In this document: in pieces, positions 1 to 13,607 of the stretch | How positions within the stretch are numbered: position 1 is the stretch's first letter | How the letters are laid out: each line of letters opens with the position of its first letter | Notes under the pieces: model-generated | What the model saw: the letters and a program-made list of their open reading frames with translations, nothing else | Told to the model about the DNA's origin: nothing | Databases searched by the model: none | From: Geosiphon pyriformis uo1 | Lineage: Eukaryota; Fungi; Glomeromycota | Assembly (NCBI GenBank): GCA_016748015.1 | Contig: JAAOMT010000706.1 | Location: 536,850-600,849, forward strand | Reading direction: 5' to 3' | Length of the DNA stretch: 64,000 nt | Made by a program: the position numbers and the translations under genes

Positions 1-363
1 AAGAAACACCACGAGATAATCACGACCTTTACAGGTTTCTAATTTTTTAAGGGTTGGGTTCGAATTAATTTTGAGAATTTCTTGGATACAGGTAGGGATC
101 TTCTCAAAAGTGACTGTTCGGTTAAGAAGGTCAATTAAGTGTGGGAAAAGGTTGCGTAGAATTCCCTGTTCACCAGTTTCAAGCATTGGTGTAACAAGTT
201 GATGAAACTTTGAAATGTCCAATTCTTCGCAAACAAAATGAGTGGAATCAAACTTCAAAGGCTTCGTTCCAAAGGTTAGATTAAAAAATTCTGTGAGAGT
301 AAGAGAATTTTTCCCAGATTCACTAAAATCATCGTCAAACTCGCCGTCAGACTCTTCAAACAT
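1..363 (-). CDS. Partial unknown protein-coding region running off the window start
   Basis: Open frame from ATG at 363 (MFEESDGEFDDDFSESGKNSLTL...) with no stop to position 1; GC higher than the flanking AT desert; no recognisable motif. Confidence 0.45.
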   Translation of the reverse strand, partial: MFEESDGEFDDDFSESGKNSLTLTEFFNLTFGTKPLKFDSTHFVCEELDISKFHQLVTPMLETGEQGILRNLFPHLIDLLNRTVTFEKIPTCIQEILKINSNPTLKKLETCKGRDYLVVFL

Positions 364-2370
364 TTCTTCACGTCCGTCTTTGAAATTGTTCAAGAGTTTT
401 AGATACAAATTGAATTAATATATTCACAAGAGCCTAAAATTTACCCTCTTAATGGCTATTTTAAAAGTCTTCTGTGCTCTGATTTGGATATAGGCACTGA
501 AGTTTAGAGATTGTCAAAAACTAACATTATAGGCTTTTTGTTCAGATAAATCGAAAATAAGAAACATAGAAAGTTCATTTATACCTCCTGTAGTAGAACA
601 ATGAGGAAAATAAATTGTGATTCAGAAAATCGCTAACAAAGTTTTATGAGAATACTAATTAATAGTTTACTTCCATAAACTAACTAATATCAATAACGGA
701 ATGCCTTTTTAAAGTTTTCTATCTCTGCTACTTATTATATTTTCCCAAAAATCTTTATTCATAATATCTCATATTCAACTATTACATGGGAGATTAAAAA
801 TTCTGTTACGAATTCTAGGTTCATGGTGAAAATTGAGTCGCTGATTATAAAAAAAATTTTCATTTATTTTGTAAAAATTAGTGTTAGCCTTTGAGCTCTA
901 TCTAAAAAAAAATACGATAACACTATAATGCTTTTACAGAGATACTTTTCTTTGATTTTTCAATTTGCAGCTGCAAATATAATAGTATTTTCAAAGTTGT
1001 TTTTTTTAGAAAAAACATTTTATAATATGATTACGAATTAATAAACTTTATACAGCTAATTATAAACTAAAAATTGGTTTTATTTCGTATGATGACCGAT
1101 TAGTAAGTCTGAATAATTAAGATAACAAAACTTCAATGACAGTTTTTAAACAAGATATTTATAAAAATTTAATATTTTAACAATAGTCAGCCAAAACTAT
1201 TATATATGGCATCTTATACGAAAGAGTTATGCTAAAAATGTTTCAAGTTTTTTAAAAAAAATACAATAATTTAAGAAAGATTTAAGCAATATTTAATTTT
1301 TTGCAATTGAATATTCTCAAATATCGATATTTATCAGAAAAAAACTTTCAGAATTCTTTTTATTAAAAATCGAATCTTTTTAAATTTCATAAACATTGTT
1401 ATTAAATTTTCATATAATATGGCGCAAAATACCTAAGAAATATTGGCTTCGTTTATGTAGTAAATTATGATTACTAAATTTAGGATAGATATATACTATC
1501 CTTATTTTTGGAAATATGTTAGTTATGCAATATTAAACTAGCCAAATTTAAATGAGTTTTTACAGCTGATAAAATGAAAATCTAGCAAAAATAATTTTTT
1601 TGATTTTGTCTTTCAAAGTAATTATTTCATAAATCAAACTATTATTTATCGAAAACCAATTCATTGCTTCAACCAAATTTATGAGCAATTTTCAAGCAGC
1701 AACGAAAAAAATCTTTGTATCTGATTCAAATTTTACAAGAAATAAATAAAAAATTTACTTATTAAAAAAATTTGATAAGTAAAACTATAGCTTTGGCAAA
1801 AATTTAATTAACAATTAAGCCAACGGCTTTTTTAAAAATAAGTAATTATTTTAGTTAATTTTTATTTTTATGATTAATTTTATTTCTTAGTTTTTAGCTT
1901 AATAAAAATTTCTTAAAAAAAATTATTAGTCTTATTAATAAATAACTAGAATGTTAACTTAATTAATTTTTTTTTTAGTTATAGAAAATATTTTGAATTT
2001 ATAAAAAAAAACATTGCACTTATTAGAATTATTTTAATATTATAAAAAACTCTTTATACACTTTTAGATATTTTTTAAATTGAAATTAAGACTTTATAAC
2101 TAATTTTTTTTATTAAATAGTTTAATATATATTAATTTGCTTTTCTATTTTTTTATCTATTAATTCATTTTTTTATTACTTTGATATATAACAATATAAT
2201 TAATAAATAATAAATATAATAATAAAATTAAAAAAATTCTTATAATGTTATTTTTATGAATAATAAATTAATATATATAATCATAATAATAAGCTTTGCC
2301 AATATTGTTTTTTTATATTAAATAAATAATGTTGAATAAATTTAAACAACAAAACCGTTATAATTATTAG

Positions 2371-2448
2371 TGTCACATTTATTTTAGGCATGTATATGCA
2401 CTAAGATCGTAAATTGTGTTTGAACTACACTCATATAAACAAAAAAAA
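2371..2448 (+). mobile_element. Short decayed poly(A)-tailed retroposon tail (SINE-like or 5'-truncated LINE)
   Basis: Ends attgtgtttgaactacactcatataaac-A8, resembling the tail gttgtggttgggccacactttgttaaagcat-An at 12558-12670; flanked by aattattag (2362-2370) and aattattgg (2447-2455). Confidence 0.4.
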
Positions 2449-2646
2449 TTATTGGCTTAATTATTGTTTTAGTTTTTAACTAAGTTGTTAATTTTGATTA
2501 TTCATTTTTTATTATATTAATTTATTAATTTTCGTTTATTTATTGCTTTTAGCTTAGAATTTTTAAAAATTACTCTTAAATAATTATATAAACAATTACA
2601 TATTTTGAGATATTAAATAATTGAATTGTTGCATTTAATTTTGGAA

Positions 2647-2716
2647 TTTTTTTGTTGCACAAGGTTTTAACCAACCACCGACAACCCAACTATTGTAGAT
2701 CGCGCGTGATCAGCCA
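2647..2716 (-). mobile_element. Short GC-rich poly(A)-tailed retroposon module
   Basis: Minus strand starts tggctgatcacgcg (compare ggctggtcacatg motif) and ends in A7; CpG-rich island in an AT desert. Confidence 0.4.
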
Positions 2717-3025
2717 ATTTAAAGGAATTAAATAACTAATAATTAGCTAATTGATAATAAAAATTAAAGAAAATTTTATGATGTTTTTAATTCAAATTAC
2801 AAATTTTTTAATAAATGTTGTTATAGTTTTTTTAAAAATTATTTTTTAACAATTGTTATAGCTATCTTTTAATAACTATTTTTTATCTTTTTAATTGTTT
2901 TTTTTTATTTTCATAGCTATCTGACTTTCAATGTAAATAAGTTGATTGATATTTCCAATAAAAATATAATAATCACTCGTAGTTTTTAATTTCAAACATA
3001 TAAATATAATTTAATTTTAAAAAAC

Positions 3026-3026
<1 letters not shown>

Positions 3027-3061
<35 letters not shown>
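3027..3061. repeat. (AAT)n microsatellite
   Basis: About 11 consecutive AAT units. Confidence 0.9.
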
Positions 3062-6000
3062 TTTAAAAGATTTTTATTTCTTATTTTGCAAAATACCAAA
3101 ATTAAATATACAACAAAAAAATATTCAAATGAAAAACATTAAAGATAATGCTTTCTTTGTTAAATTAAAAATCATAAATTATCTACATGTTTAATCAAAA
3201 TTAATAATTAAAAACCATATAATCTTTGGTCAAGCGAAATTAATTAAAAAATTTTATCAATAATAATTCTTAATATTGTTTAAAAATATACTATTAATAA
3301 TCTAAATTTTGGTGCTTGTGTTCAAAATTTTAAATTGTGAAAATCAAATATAAGTTTTGAAAATTTTTAAAAACATATTTTGCTAATATTACCAAATTAA
3401 AATTGAATATTTTAAAGATTGTATTATACTTAAATATTATGTTAAACATAATTGTATTTTTGTAATCTATTAAAGTATTGTTTTTTAATTAATCTTGAAT
3501 TTTCACAATTTTGTCAAAATTTTAATCATATAAATCTATTTGTTTAGAAAAAAATTTACAAACCAAACAATGAGACATACAGCATTAATAAAAATGATTT
3601 CAACTTAAATCAAATGGTTTTTGCAAAGAAAAATAATACATATATAAAACTAAAAATGCCAAAATTTATTTGTAAAAACCAAATTAAAAAATTTATATTA
3701 AAATTATATATTAAACAATTATTAGTATTATTATTAACCAAAAAAATAACTTAAACTTAGCAATTTTCAACATATTTTGTTTTGAAAGTTAAGAATTTTG
3801 CTTAATTTATAAACATTGATTATTTTTAAAAAATTGAAAAACTATTTTATCACAAAAAACACCAGAAATATATAACAAAAATATGTAAATTAATTTTTTG
3901 CTTAAATTAAATATTTTTAAAATATTAATATAAAAATTATTTATCATTAATTGAATTAATATTTATGACAAATCTATCACAAATAAAACACTTATAACTT
4001 CTCTCAATATTATTGATAGAATTACTTTTGTTATACGAATTTGAAGTTTTATTAAGCCCATATTAATTTATACAACTTAAACAAAAACAGTAAAAATTCT
4101 ATTGTTACAGTTAAAATTACAATTAATATATTTATAAAACTATTTTAATTATTTAAATTATCTATTAACCATTAATATTACATATTTTATCTACACTATT
4201 TTTAAAGGTTATTATTATCCAATCATTAATTTTTTTAGAAAGTATATAAGCAAAATCATAGAAAATACTATCCTTAATTTGATTAATAACACACTAAACA
4301 GTTCAATTTTTTTTGAATTTTCGAATTTATTAAAATTAGCTTATAAAGTAAAAAACTTATTTTTGTAATTTATTAATAAATAACTGTTTTTAAATTTTTT
4401 TTGAAAAATCAACAACTGTGATTTTAAAATTGATCACATTAATTAAACTACTTGTATATTTAATTTGTTTCTTTGTTAAAAAAAAAATTGTTAAATTTAT
4501 ATTTTTATAAGTAAATGTCAATAAATAGCAAAAAAAAGGTAACTAATGACAATATAAGTTTAACTAAAGAATGTTTAACAAAAAAAAATTGAATATTAAT
4601 TAATGTAATTAATTTTATAATTACAATTGTTAATTTTTTTTAAGAAAAATTTGAAAATTGAGAAATAGTTTATAAAAGTTAATAAAAGATAACACAATAC
4701 TGCAATTCTATGTATTAATTAATATCTTAGAATTAATAACAGATATCAATTATTTTTAAAAGTTATTATTTTAAAACTAAATAACCAATTTGGTTAACAA
4801 TCAAATTATTATCAAATTCATAATTAATTAACAAATGATTTTAAAAATATGTTGACTAATACATAATGCGCATAAAATATTCTGAAATCTTAAAAAAATT
4901 TAAGAATAATATAATTATAACAAATTATTATGCATATTAATTCAAAGCATATTTAATTTTTGAATTAATAAAGTCATTATGTTTTTAACATTCCAGTCTT
5001 AATTATGTAAAATAACTATGCCAAAAAATCAATTAATATTTATGCAAAGTTGAAATTCTAATTTTTAATTCAAATTGTCTCTTTAATTAATATTAAATTA
5101 AAAAAGGCTGTTACACTGTTTTTATTCAAATAAATTTTTAAAAACCTGAAATTTTTTAACTACGAGCTTTTTAATAAAGTTCTAATTTAATTCAAAATTA
5201 CTTAAAACATTTATTTTATTAAATCTGAAATTTCTTAAAAATTTTACATAAAGATTTTATTTCTTGGCTTTGATATTACCATTTGAAAATATTATAAAAT
5301 CATTTTTAATTTCCATTATTAACTTATCATTATATTATTATTTCAATTTTTTATGAATTATTAAATTATCATCTTATTAATAATCCAATTTTGTAATAAT
5401 TTATGCAAATTGAAAAAATACTCAAAAGCATTGAAGCATTTACAGTAATTTTTGCAAAAATAATATAATAAAAAATTAGTAATCTATCTTTTAAAACTAT
5501 AAAAAATATATTAATTGATAGCTTATAAGTTTTAACATTTAAAATAAATACAATTTATTAAAATAATTTTTTTTGGGTTAAATTAAAATTAACCAATATT
5601 AAAATTCCTTTTGAAATTAATTTAACATCAAAATTTTTAAGAACTGCTATTATTAAAGTTCGATAGCCTTAGAAATAGCCTCACTACAGGACTTGAAAAA
5701 AAATTTTGTAACCACTAGACATTTCTAAAAGCAGGAAATTCAGTAGTAATTGCTAATTACAAAATTAAATGAATTATCAAAGAATTTCAGCATTGATAAA
5801 TTACAAATCTTTTAAACATTTAGAAACAAACACATTAACAGCTTTACAAACTACAATTAGCATTAATGCTTTGACAAGAGGAAATTTTTTCAGTAATACT
5901 AACTTTGCATTAAACTTTAAATCTTTAATTTTAAAAAAAAATTGCTTAACTTTTAACAATTTTCAGAGAATCAAATTTATTCTACACAATTATTTTCTCA

Positions 6001-6189
6001 TAAGTAAATACAAAAAACTTAATCAATAGGCAAAAGTTACTACATATAAAACTTTTACCCAATCTGAATCAAATAAAATTTAAATAGAAGCCCGTGTGAT
6101 AAACTTCATTTCCACTATTTCCAAAGTGGAATTAATTTCCAACTTTTACATAATTCACATTAGAAATGAATCTGTTTGTCAAAGAATGT

Positions 6190-7080
6190 AACAAGCAAAA
6201 GCTAATCTCCTCCTGAACATTCTGTCCCAAAATTAAGTAAAAGCACTACTTTCACTATCTCAACGATAGGGAAAAGTGAGCGCAAAAGCGGTAATGGTTG
6301 TGAAAAAATTACGGGACATATGTAGCTACTAAACTAGATAAATTTCATATCGCACAATTGACAGACATTTAAAATCACTTGGATATATAAAAAATTTACC
6401 AATTACTACACTAATGCTCACCCAAGTTGAAAAGGAGGAACGTATCGAATGGGCCAAATCTTATCTTAATGATAACTCGAAAAAACCTTATTTTCAGATG
6501 AAACAGCATTTCAGCTGTTCCCAAATACAATTGAAAATTAGTAAAAGGGAAAACGGCCAATTCGGCCAAGACAAAAAGATTGTTGCATGGGCGGTTTTTC
6601 TGTGAAGGGAAAAATCAGCTTATTTTGTTTCTAGTGCATCATGGACGCTAAGTTTTATATTGAAATTTTGCAACAACATGTTGGGGAAATAAATGGAATA
6701 CTTGGAAGAAGTGCGCTTTCAGCAGGATAACGATCCAAGCAATACAAGTCGAATAGCGAAGGCGTTTATTGGGGAAAATGTACCCGAAATTGTTGACTGG
6801 CCGTCATGTAGCCAGGATCCAAATCCTATTGAAAATCTGTGGCAATTGTTAAACCTGAAGTAGAAAACGAATACCGCAAAATATGGATATTTTGGAGCGA
6901 TATATGGTTGAAGAATGGAATTTTTTGCCGAAAATTATGTTGATAAATTAGTGAGTTAATTATCGAGAATGAAAACGAAAGAATTGCATATTAAATTTTA
7001 AATCAGAAATTGTTTATTTTTTGTCCTACTGTCCGATCAATCACAACTTTTAAAGTCATGCTATCATTTTTGGCTTCTGA
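6190..7080 (+). mobile_element. Degenerate Tc1/mariner (IS630-Tc1) transposase remnant
   Basis: Frameshifted motifs: TIDRHLKSLGY, ERIEWAK, LFSDETAF (D1), FQQDNDP (D2), DWPSCSQDPNPIENLW (E); boundaries approximate. Confidence 0.85.
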
Positions 7081-7724
7081 TAACTCCATCTATTCATGGA
7101 ATTGTTAATGCCTTGCATCAATTTAATCTAATTTAGTTAATTTAATTTAATTTTAATTTAGTTCTATGCAAAAGAATTAACTCGCCCAAGGTTAAATGAT
7201 TTCTATGACACATCTCGAGATAATAGAAAAAGAATTTCAATAGTCCTTTAATATAATATTTTAACAATGATTGGTTTGGGGATTTGGAGAATTTTTAGCA
7301 ATCTGACGTCTATTACGGTAATGCCTTTCATTAAGGTTATTCCTTAAAAGTTTGAGTCATACTTTTAAGTCGAAATCCCGGAAAATAAAACTGCACGCTT
7401 CTTCAATATAGTAATGATCAACTCAAGCACTAACAGACTTTTTTATTTTTTAGCCTTTGGCGTAAATATGAAAACTTGCTTTTGACCAATTGGGTTGTAG
7501 TTTGCGAGAGAATCTCTTAAAAATTTAGGATGGGATCTCATGATGACCCAAGGTCAAAGTCTACCAGAGATATTAATTACAACTTTTTGAGATGACCAGG
7601 ATCCCTGGCGACGGTATCAACGATGCGACACGAATTTAGAATAAAAACTCATCCTAAATTTTGCATTAAAGGTTGAACCAAAAGTTAACACACCGATTTA
7701 TTCATCATTTCATACTACAAAATT

Positions 7725-9342
7725 ATGAGCATTTTCCAACTTTTACCACCACTTCCCACCCAGCCGTATGAAAATCCCACAAATGGAACATGTCCATCGC
7801 GACCAGATGATATCCCGTTGGAATGGTGGAATGTTGGATTAGCATCGACTTTTATTCTCATCAATGGTTCAATTTTAAGGATTATTGAAAGACTTTGAGC
7901 AAATTTATTCTTTATGATCAATTATAAATAATCTTTTTCTTTTAAAGGGGTGATTTCCATTTGGTTGGGATTGCAGTTGGAGAGATCTTTGATTATTAGC
8001 GCGATACGATGTGTCGTGCAGTTGACTATAATGGTAAATTTTTCAAGACAAATATTTGCAAAAAAATTATTATTTTAAAATGACGTTTGTATAGGGATTG
8101 GTCCTTGAAGATGTATTCCGTACCTCACATCCCATATACATCATGGCATTGGTTTGTAAGTATTTTCATCTTGGATAAGATCAATCAGGAGTTTCCACAA
8201 TTCTTTGCTGGCGAAAACTTTGAGAATTTGACTTGAAATTCTATCCATGCTACAAGTGTTGCTGATTTTCTTTGGAACAAATGAAATTTTCTTTAATAAA
8301 AGCAAGCGCAGACATTCTGGAATGGTAGATTTTCAAAATGATGTACTGTTTATATTCTATAAATACCTTGCTAGTTTATTTTTCTCATATTTTTAGTATG
8401 CGTCAACATTGCTTTCCCTAGGCACCAGCACTTTGATTGTTGGAATTATTGGTATACTTAATTTTTTCTTTCAATATAATAGTCCATCACATTAAAAATC
8501 ATTTATTAAATTCAGGAACACGATATGCAATATCCCAAAGCCCATTCTGGGAACCGCAAAAATTTATTCCAACTATGGGCATGCTAGTTGGAAACTGTAT
8601 GTCGGGTATAGCTGTTGGTGTTTCCTACTGTATATCACAATTGAGGTATGTTCTTTGTTTAAATAAACATACCATGCCTGTCATTTAACTTTGACTCATA
8701 ATATTTTAAGTGACCAGCGGGAGAAAATTGAGACCTTTTTATCATTCGGAGCTAGTAGATGGGAAGCAGGCCGTCCTATCGCAATTGAAGCCATTCGATT
8801 AGCCCTGTTGCCAACTATTAATAGTATGAGGCATGTAACTATCAGAACGCTTGAATCACCTTAATCTTTCGGATTCATTTATTGATATCAAATATTCCCT
8901 ACATGATATAAATGATTAGTGTAATTGGTCTCATTTCGGTTCCAGGCATGATGACAGGTCAAATAATTGCAGGGGCCCCAATTATGGATGCAGTGAAATA
9001 TCAGCAAATATTGATGTTTATGATTTCAGGGGCAACTGCTTTGGGTGTTCTCGCTGCCGTATTGGTATGTCAGAGATTGATGAATTAAAATTCTATTCTA
9101 AAAGCTAAAATTAAATATCTTTTTAGACCTGTATATTTATCGTTCTCGACCGCTCACATAAACTTCGTGCTGACAGGATTTCGAATTCAAAGCCGTTCAT
9201 TTACCAGACATTGAGTGAATATGGTCATAAGGTTCTCACAATATTGTCTGAATTTGAGCATGCAATTTTCAGATGTCTTTGTTTTTTTCGAAGGACGAAA
9301 ATCGATGAGAGGCGGCCATTGCTAAGGCAAAGTCAGGATTAG
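7725..9342 (+). CDS. UPF0014 family membrane protein (FetB/STAR2/ALS3-like ABC permease-type), multi-exon
   Basis: Spliced peptides IISAIRCVVQLTIM-GLVL, FIPTMGMLVGNCMSG, IETFLSFGASRWEA, LLPTINSM-SVIGLISVPGMMTGQIIAG, AVKYQQILMFMI; introns with GT/GC-AG ends; stop TAG 9340-9342. Confidence 0.9.
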
Positions 9343-10759
9343 GGTTGCTCGATTAATTAGTAACATGTTTAAGTTTTCTCTTTAGAATGCTTTATTTGTA
9401 TAAACAAGTCATTCTTACATTCATTAGAAGAATTAAGTTAATTTTCAAATAAAATGTTTTGTTTTTAAATGCTAAATTATTTCATGCTTCGAAATATATT
9501 CTGCTTTAATAATATATCTTGTTCCCTAAATATTTCTAATTGAATCTGATAAATCGGTTTCTCAAAACCAAAATATCTAATTTTTTTACTGTGTTTGAAA
9601 GTGAAAATAAAAAGATTTGGCTTTTTTCTTGAAAAGAAAGCTTTTGATTTAAAAATTAAAAATTATATTTTAATCTATATCAATTAATAAAACCAATTAT
9701 CTTACATCTAATATTGGTATACAGGGATTCTTCATTATTATTTATTTATTTTGAATATAAAACATATTTATATAAAATTCTTTTTGACAAGCTATGTTCA
9801 GAATTATAAGCTTCACATAATTATTCTTTTTCATAATGTTATTCACTCGTTCTTTCCAGAGATTAATAAAAACCAAAATAACGACAATAATTCGAACAAT
9901 TGGGAACTTTAAGCTTATGAATCAGGGGTGCTAAAAATTACTTGGTCAAAGACGAATTTAATTTGGCTTTCCAAATCTTGAAATTAATGGAATTTAAGAG
10001 TCATTTTGAAGGTTTCACGTTTAAAGTCTAGATATTGATTTGAGTTAAACAAAAAACACACAAAAAGTCCATTATTTGAACTTTCAAAAGACCAAAGTCA
10101 AATATATTCTGTGTCTGTTCATATTTATGATGACCAATGGTTTCTCAACAACGCGTTTAATCGAAATTACAATTTGAAGAAATGGGATATTAAAGTAACT
10201 AAATTTTACAATATTCTTTATCTTTTGAAAAAAGAAAATAAAGGCTTTTGGAAATATTTTTCTTTTCTTGATTTCGAACTCTTTTATACATAAATTGATT
10301 TTAAGAATATCTTTCTGAAATGAATTTTGAGTTCATCAAATCCAAAAAATCTTCAATTTTCATATTATTTTTTCAATTTTTAGTTGGTCAAAAATCTTGT
10401 TCCTTTTGTGAATTTTTGGCTATTTTAAATTTTTCATATTCATGGCAACTCAAAACAAGATACTGAAATTTACCGAGGAATTTCATGCAGAATCTTCTTA
10501 AGATAATGGCTTTGAAATGTCCCAAGGTCTTAATTTTAATTTTTTTTCCAAATTCAGATTCAATTTTTCTACCGTACTTTTAATTTCAAAACAGAAATTA
10601 CGCTCAAGTTATTAGAAATTAAAGTTTGATAACGATTTCTGAAACATTAAAGACATGAGCATCGCGATATTAACTTTCGATATTTCAGACTTTCTCGAAA
10701 CCTTGTCAAAACTTAATAATTATAAAAATGGTTAAATTTAACGATCGATAAAGCCTTTT

Positions 10760-12234
10760 TTATAAAGAAGGACAAGCTCGAAAGGTAAAAGTAAAAGGAA
10801 CTGGGTCAATAGTTCGATTAGATCGATCAAAACCACCCATGTTATATGGTCCGTAATGAAGTCGTTCATCAAGTTCTTTTTGGTTAACTTGATTCAAACA
10901 TAACTATTTTTAAAACCCAAAGGTTTCTCTGATAAGCAAAAAAAAATAAAAACAAAACTTTAAGGAATTCATAAGAATCAAAACGCTAAACTTACTGCCG
11001 ATTCTTCAAGAACATCATTCGTCTTATACCCAATACACTCAAAAATCGGTGGATAATCCTTTGTTTTTTTTGAATAATTCCATGCACGACATGCACAATC
11101 TTCAGTTCCTAACCAAAATTCTTTTGCAGGATGCATGAAACTAGCTGGTGAGATGATGCCTCGATCAGGAAGTGTTGGAATAATGTCAAACGTATTCGTC
11201 ATCCGAAATACTTGGTTAGGCATCAATTTATTTATGTGATCTGCGAAAGCTCGATTTCCTACCCTTGGCATTCCAAATGTGTATATTTTAACGAATAAAC
11301 CGTATTTTTGTCGAAACAAATCACCCGCAAAAAGAGCGTAAACTGAAAAAGAATTTCTTTTTAGTTTTAATTACAAAATCTCGAGACATTTCTCACAGAA
11401 CCTCACCACCACCGAGCCCAAACCCCACAACTTTGAGGTATCTAATTTTATCTTTTTTTTCTCTGGACTCTTTTAGAAGTAAGAACTTTTTTTCGAGCTC
11501 CTCTTGAGCTTTCAAGAATTTTTCAAAGTATTGTTGGTCGACCCTAAGAATAAAATCATTTTAGCAACTATTTCCAAAAGTAAATCATCCTAGCAGTTGA
11601 ATAAAGTAATAGACTCGAAATTTCTAACAAAATTACTTGGCCTCTTTGACATTGAAATATGGTGATGTTGGTTTTCCTTTATCCCTTAGTTCTTTTGCTG
11701 TTAAATCTTTTCCTCTTATTTTTACTAACCAGCAACCACCTTTTAAATTTATCCGGCTAATTTGAGCTTTTTTTTTTTGGAATAAAGAAAGTAGATCAAA
11801 AATATTAATGAAACATTGACCTGAAGGGTCTTCAAGAATTGAATGGTATTTTTCAACGAACCATACACATCATCAGTAAGTCGAAACTCTTCACCACTCA
11901 AACACGAAGCTTCTTGGGCATATTTTGCGAATTTTTTTATATCTATGACATTTGTCTCATCAATTTTAGTCTGATGTCGTCCTGGCAGCCGTTCTTTAAT
12001 TTCACCCCATCTACCAGGACCCAAGTTTTCTTTTTGAGCCCGTCGGATTATTCGAGTTTGTTCATTGTGGTAATGACGTTCAAAAAGCTCATGATTCGAG
12101 CCCATAGATGAAGATTCAAATATTGCATTCACTGCTAGCCTAGGTATCCATGAAAAAATGGGATTTGTGATAATATATGATATCAGCAGAAGAAGCTGGG
12201 AGGTTCTAGAGGAGTTCTTTAGCGATAGATTCAT
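10760..12234 (-). CDS. Secreted class-3 lipase-like protein with degenerate nucleophile elbow (GFGLGG), multi-exon
   Basis: Hydrophobic N-terminus; FAKYAQEASC; KVVGFGLGG|VYALFAG; IYTFGMPRVGNRAFA; DIIPTLP; last exon CLNQ...LHYGPY; stop at 10760-10762. Confidence 0.85.
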
Positions 12235-12557
12235 CTTTTAATTTTCGTACTCTGTCAAATGGCTTTTTAATAATTGTAATGATCGAAAGATTATCCGGAA
12301 TATAGTAAATTCGTCTATTCTATTATTTGCAATTAAAAAATTAAATTAAATTAAATAAAATAAAAATTTTTCATCGTCCATCGAAAAACTTGTGTGATAA
12401 AAGATTAGAAATCTTTCATGTTTGGTTTTAACATTAATAGTTTTTGTGATTTTTACATTATCTTATTAATTCTTGTATTGGAAAACAGTTCATTGAAAAT
12501 ATATATTAATTATTATTACACAGATAGTTTATAATCGATTATAATCTGTATAATCTG

Positions 12558-13200
12558 TTTTTTTTTATGCTTTAACAAAGTGTGGCCCAACCACAACCTC
12601 AAATCATACAATGAAGAATCACTATACAAAAGGCGTGGCTCACGCTTTTTGCTACATGTGACCAGCCACCCGAGCCTGTCAAAGCCAAGCCAAACCCGCT
12701 AGCCATGACCATCATTCTAGCAAAAGTATTCTCACTAATAGGAGATCATAGATTACTATCAATTATATCATCATCAGAAAAACCATCTACTTCACAATCT
12801 ATCTTAATATTAACAATATCCTAACTCAAATTCTAACAATTCTTCCAAAAATGACAACATTTTTATTAATTGCAAGAATTTTTTTACTTATTTAGCATTT
12901 AAAAAAGAAAAAGCACCAACCAACTTTGTAACCAAAAGAACCAAAGCATTAATAAATTCAATAATAGATTTGACCAGCAAAGTTAATTTAGCCAATTCAA
13001 ATTTCAAAGAAGCCAATTTGAAGTTAATTGCAGAGTTAACAATAACTACAAAAGTAAAAAAAACCAAAAAAACAATAGTCTTGGCATATAATTTTGTACA
13101 AATAAAATAAGACTTAAAAACTTTGAAGCCAATTACAAATTTAAACAAAAATTTAAAAATAAAGATATTTTATAATTAAAAACTGAATAATTTAAATTTT
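12558..13200 (-). mobile_element. Older, heavily decayed copy of the ORF1-only LINE-like family (3' part with poly(A))
   Basis: ORF 12888-13148 (KVFKSYF..LYAK...KLASLKFELAKLTLLVKSIIEFINALVLLV) aligns by eye to 42133-ORF (KIFKSHF..SYAE...RLNSLEKQISDLAALVKSIVESVGSLVALM); tail homologous to 43020-43138; poly(T) at 12558-12566; right boundary unclear. Confidence 0.75.
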
Positions 13201-13607
13201 AATATTTAAAAGTTTTTTATTAAATATAACTTTTTTTAATATATAAATTTGTGTTAAACTAAATTGACTTTATTATCTTGTGTTAAATATAAATAAACTA
13301 AATATGTTTTTGTTAAGTATAATTTTAATAAGAAGTTTTTTGATTATGTTAAAAAAAATGTTATTATGATTATTATATAATAGTAGTTAATATATATATA
13401 TGCCAAAAACATATTTTTATCACTTATTTTGTAGTTTTTAATGATAAAACTTGGGTTTAAATTGTTAATAGAATTTTTTTTAAATTTTATTTGATGGTTT
13501 TCTTAATATTAATTTATTTATAAATGTTAAATTTTTTCTGTTATTTTGATTTTTTTGAAATTAAGATTAAAACTGCTAAAAAAAAAACTCTTTGTCTCCT
13601 TAATTTT

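Noticed and set aside
5640-6060. 86-aa ORF in AT-rich DNA
   Set aside because: Composition (K/N/F/L/I) is that of a hypermutated repeat relic; family not assignable
12637-12656. Hairpin aaaaggcgtg-gct-cacgcttttt (about 12627-12650) as a Helitron 3' end
   Set aside because: No CTRR terminus; it is part of the poly(A) retroposon tail
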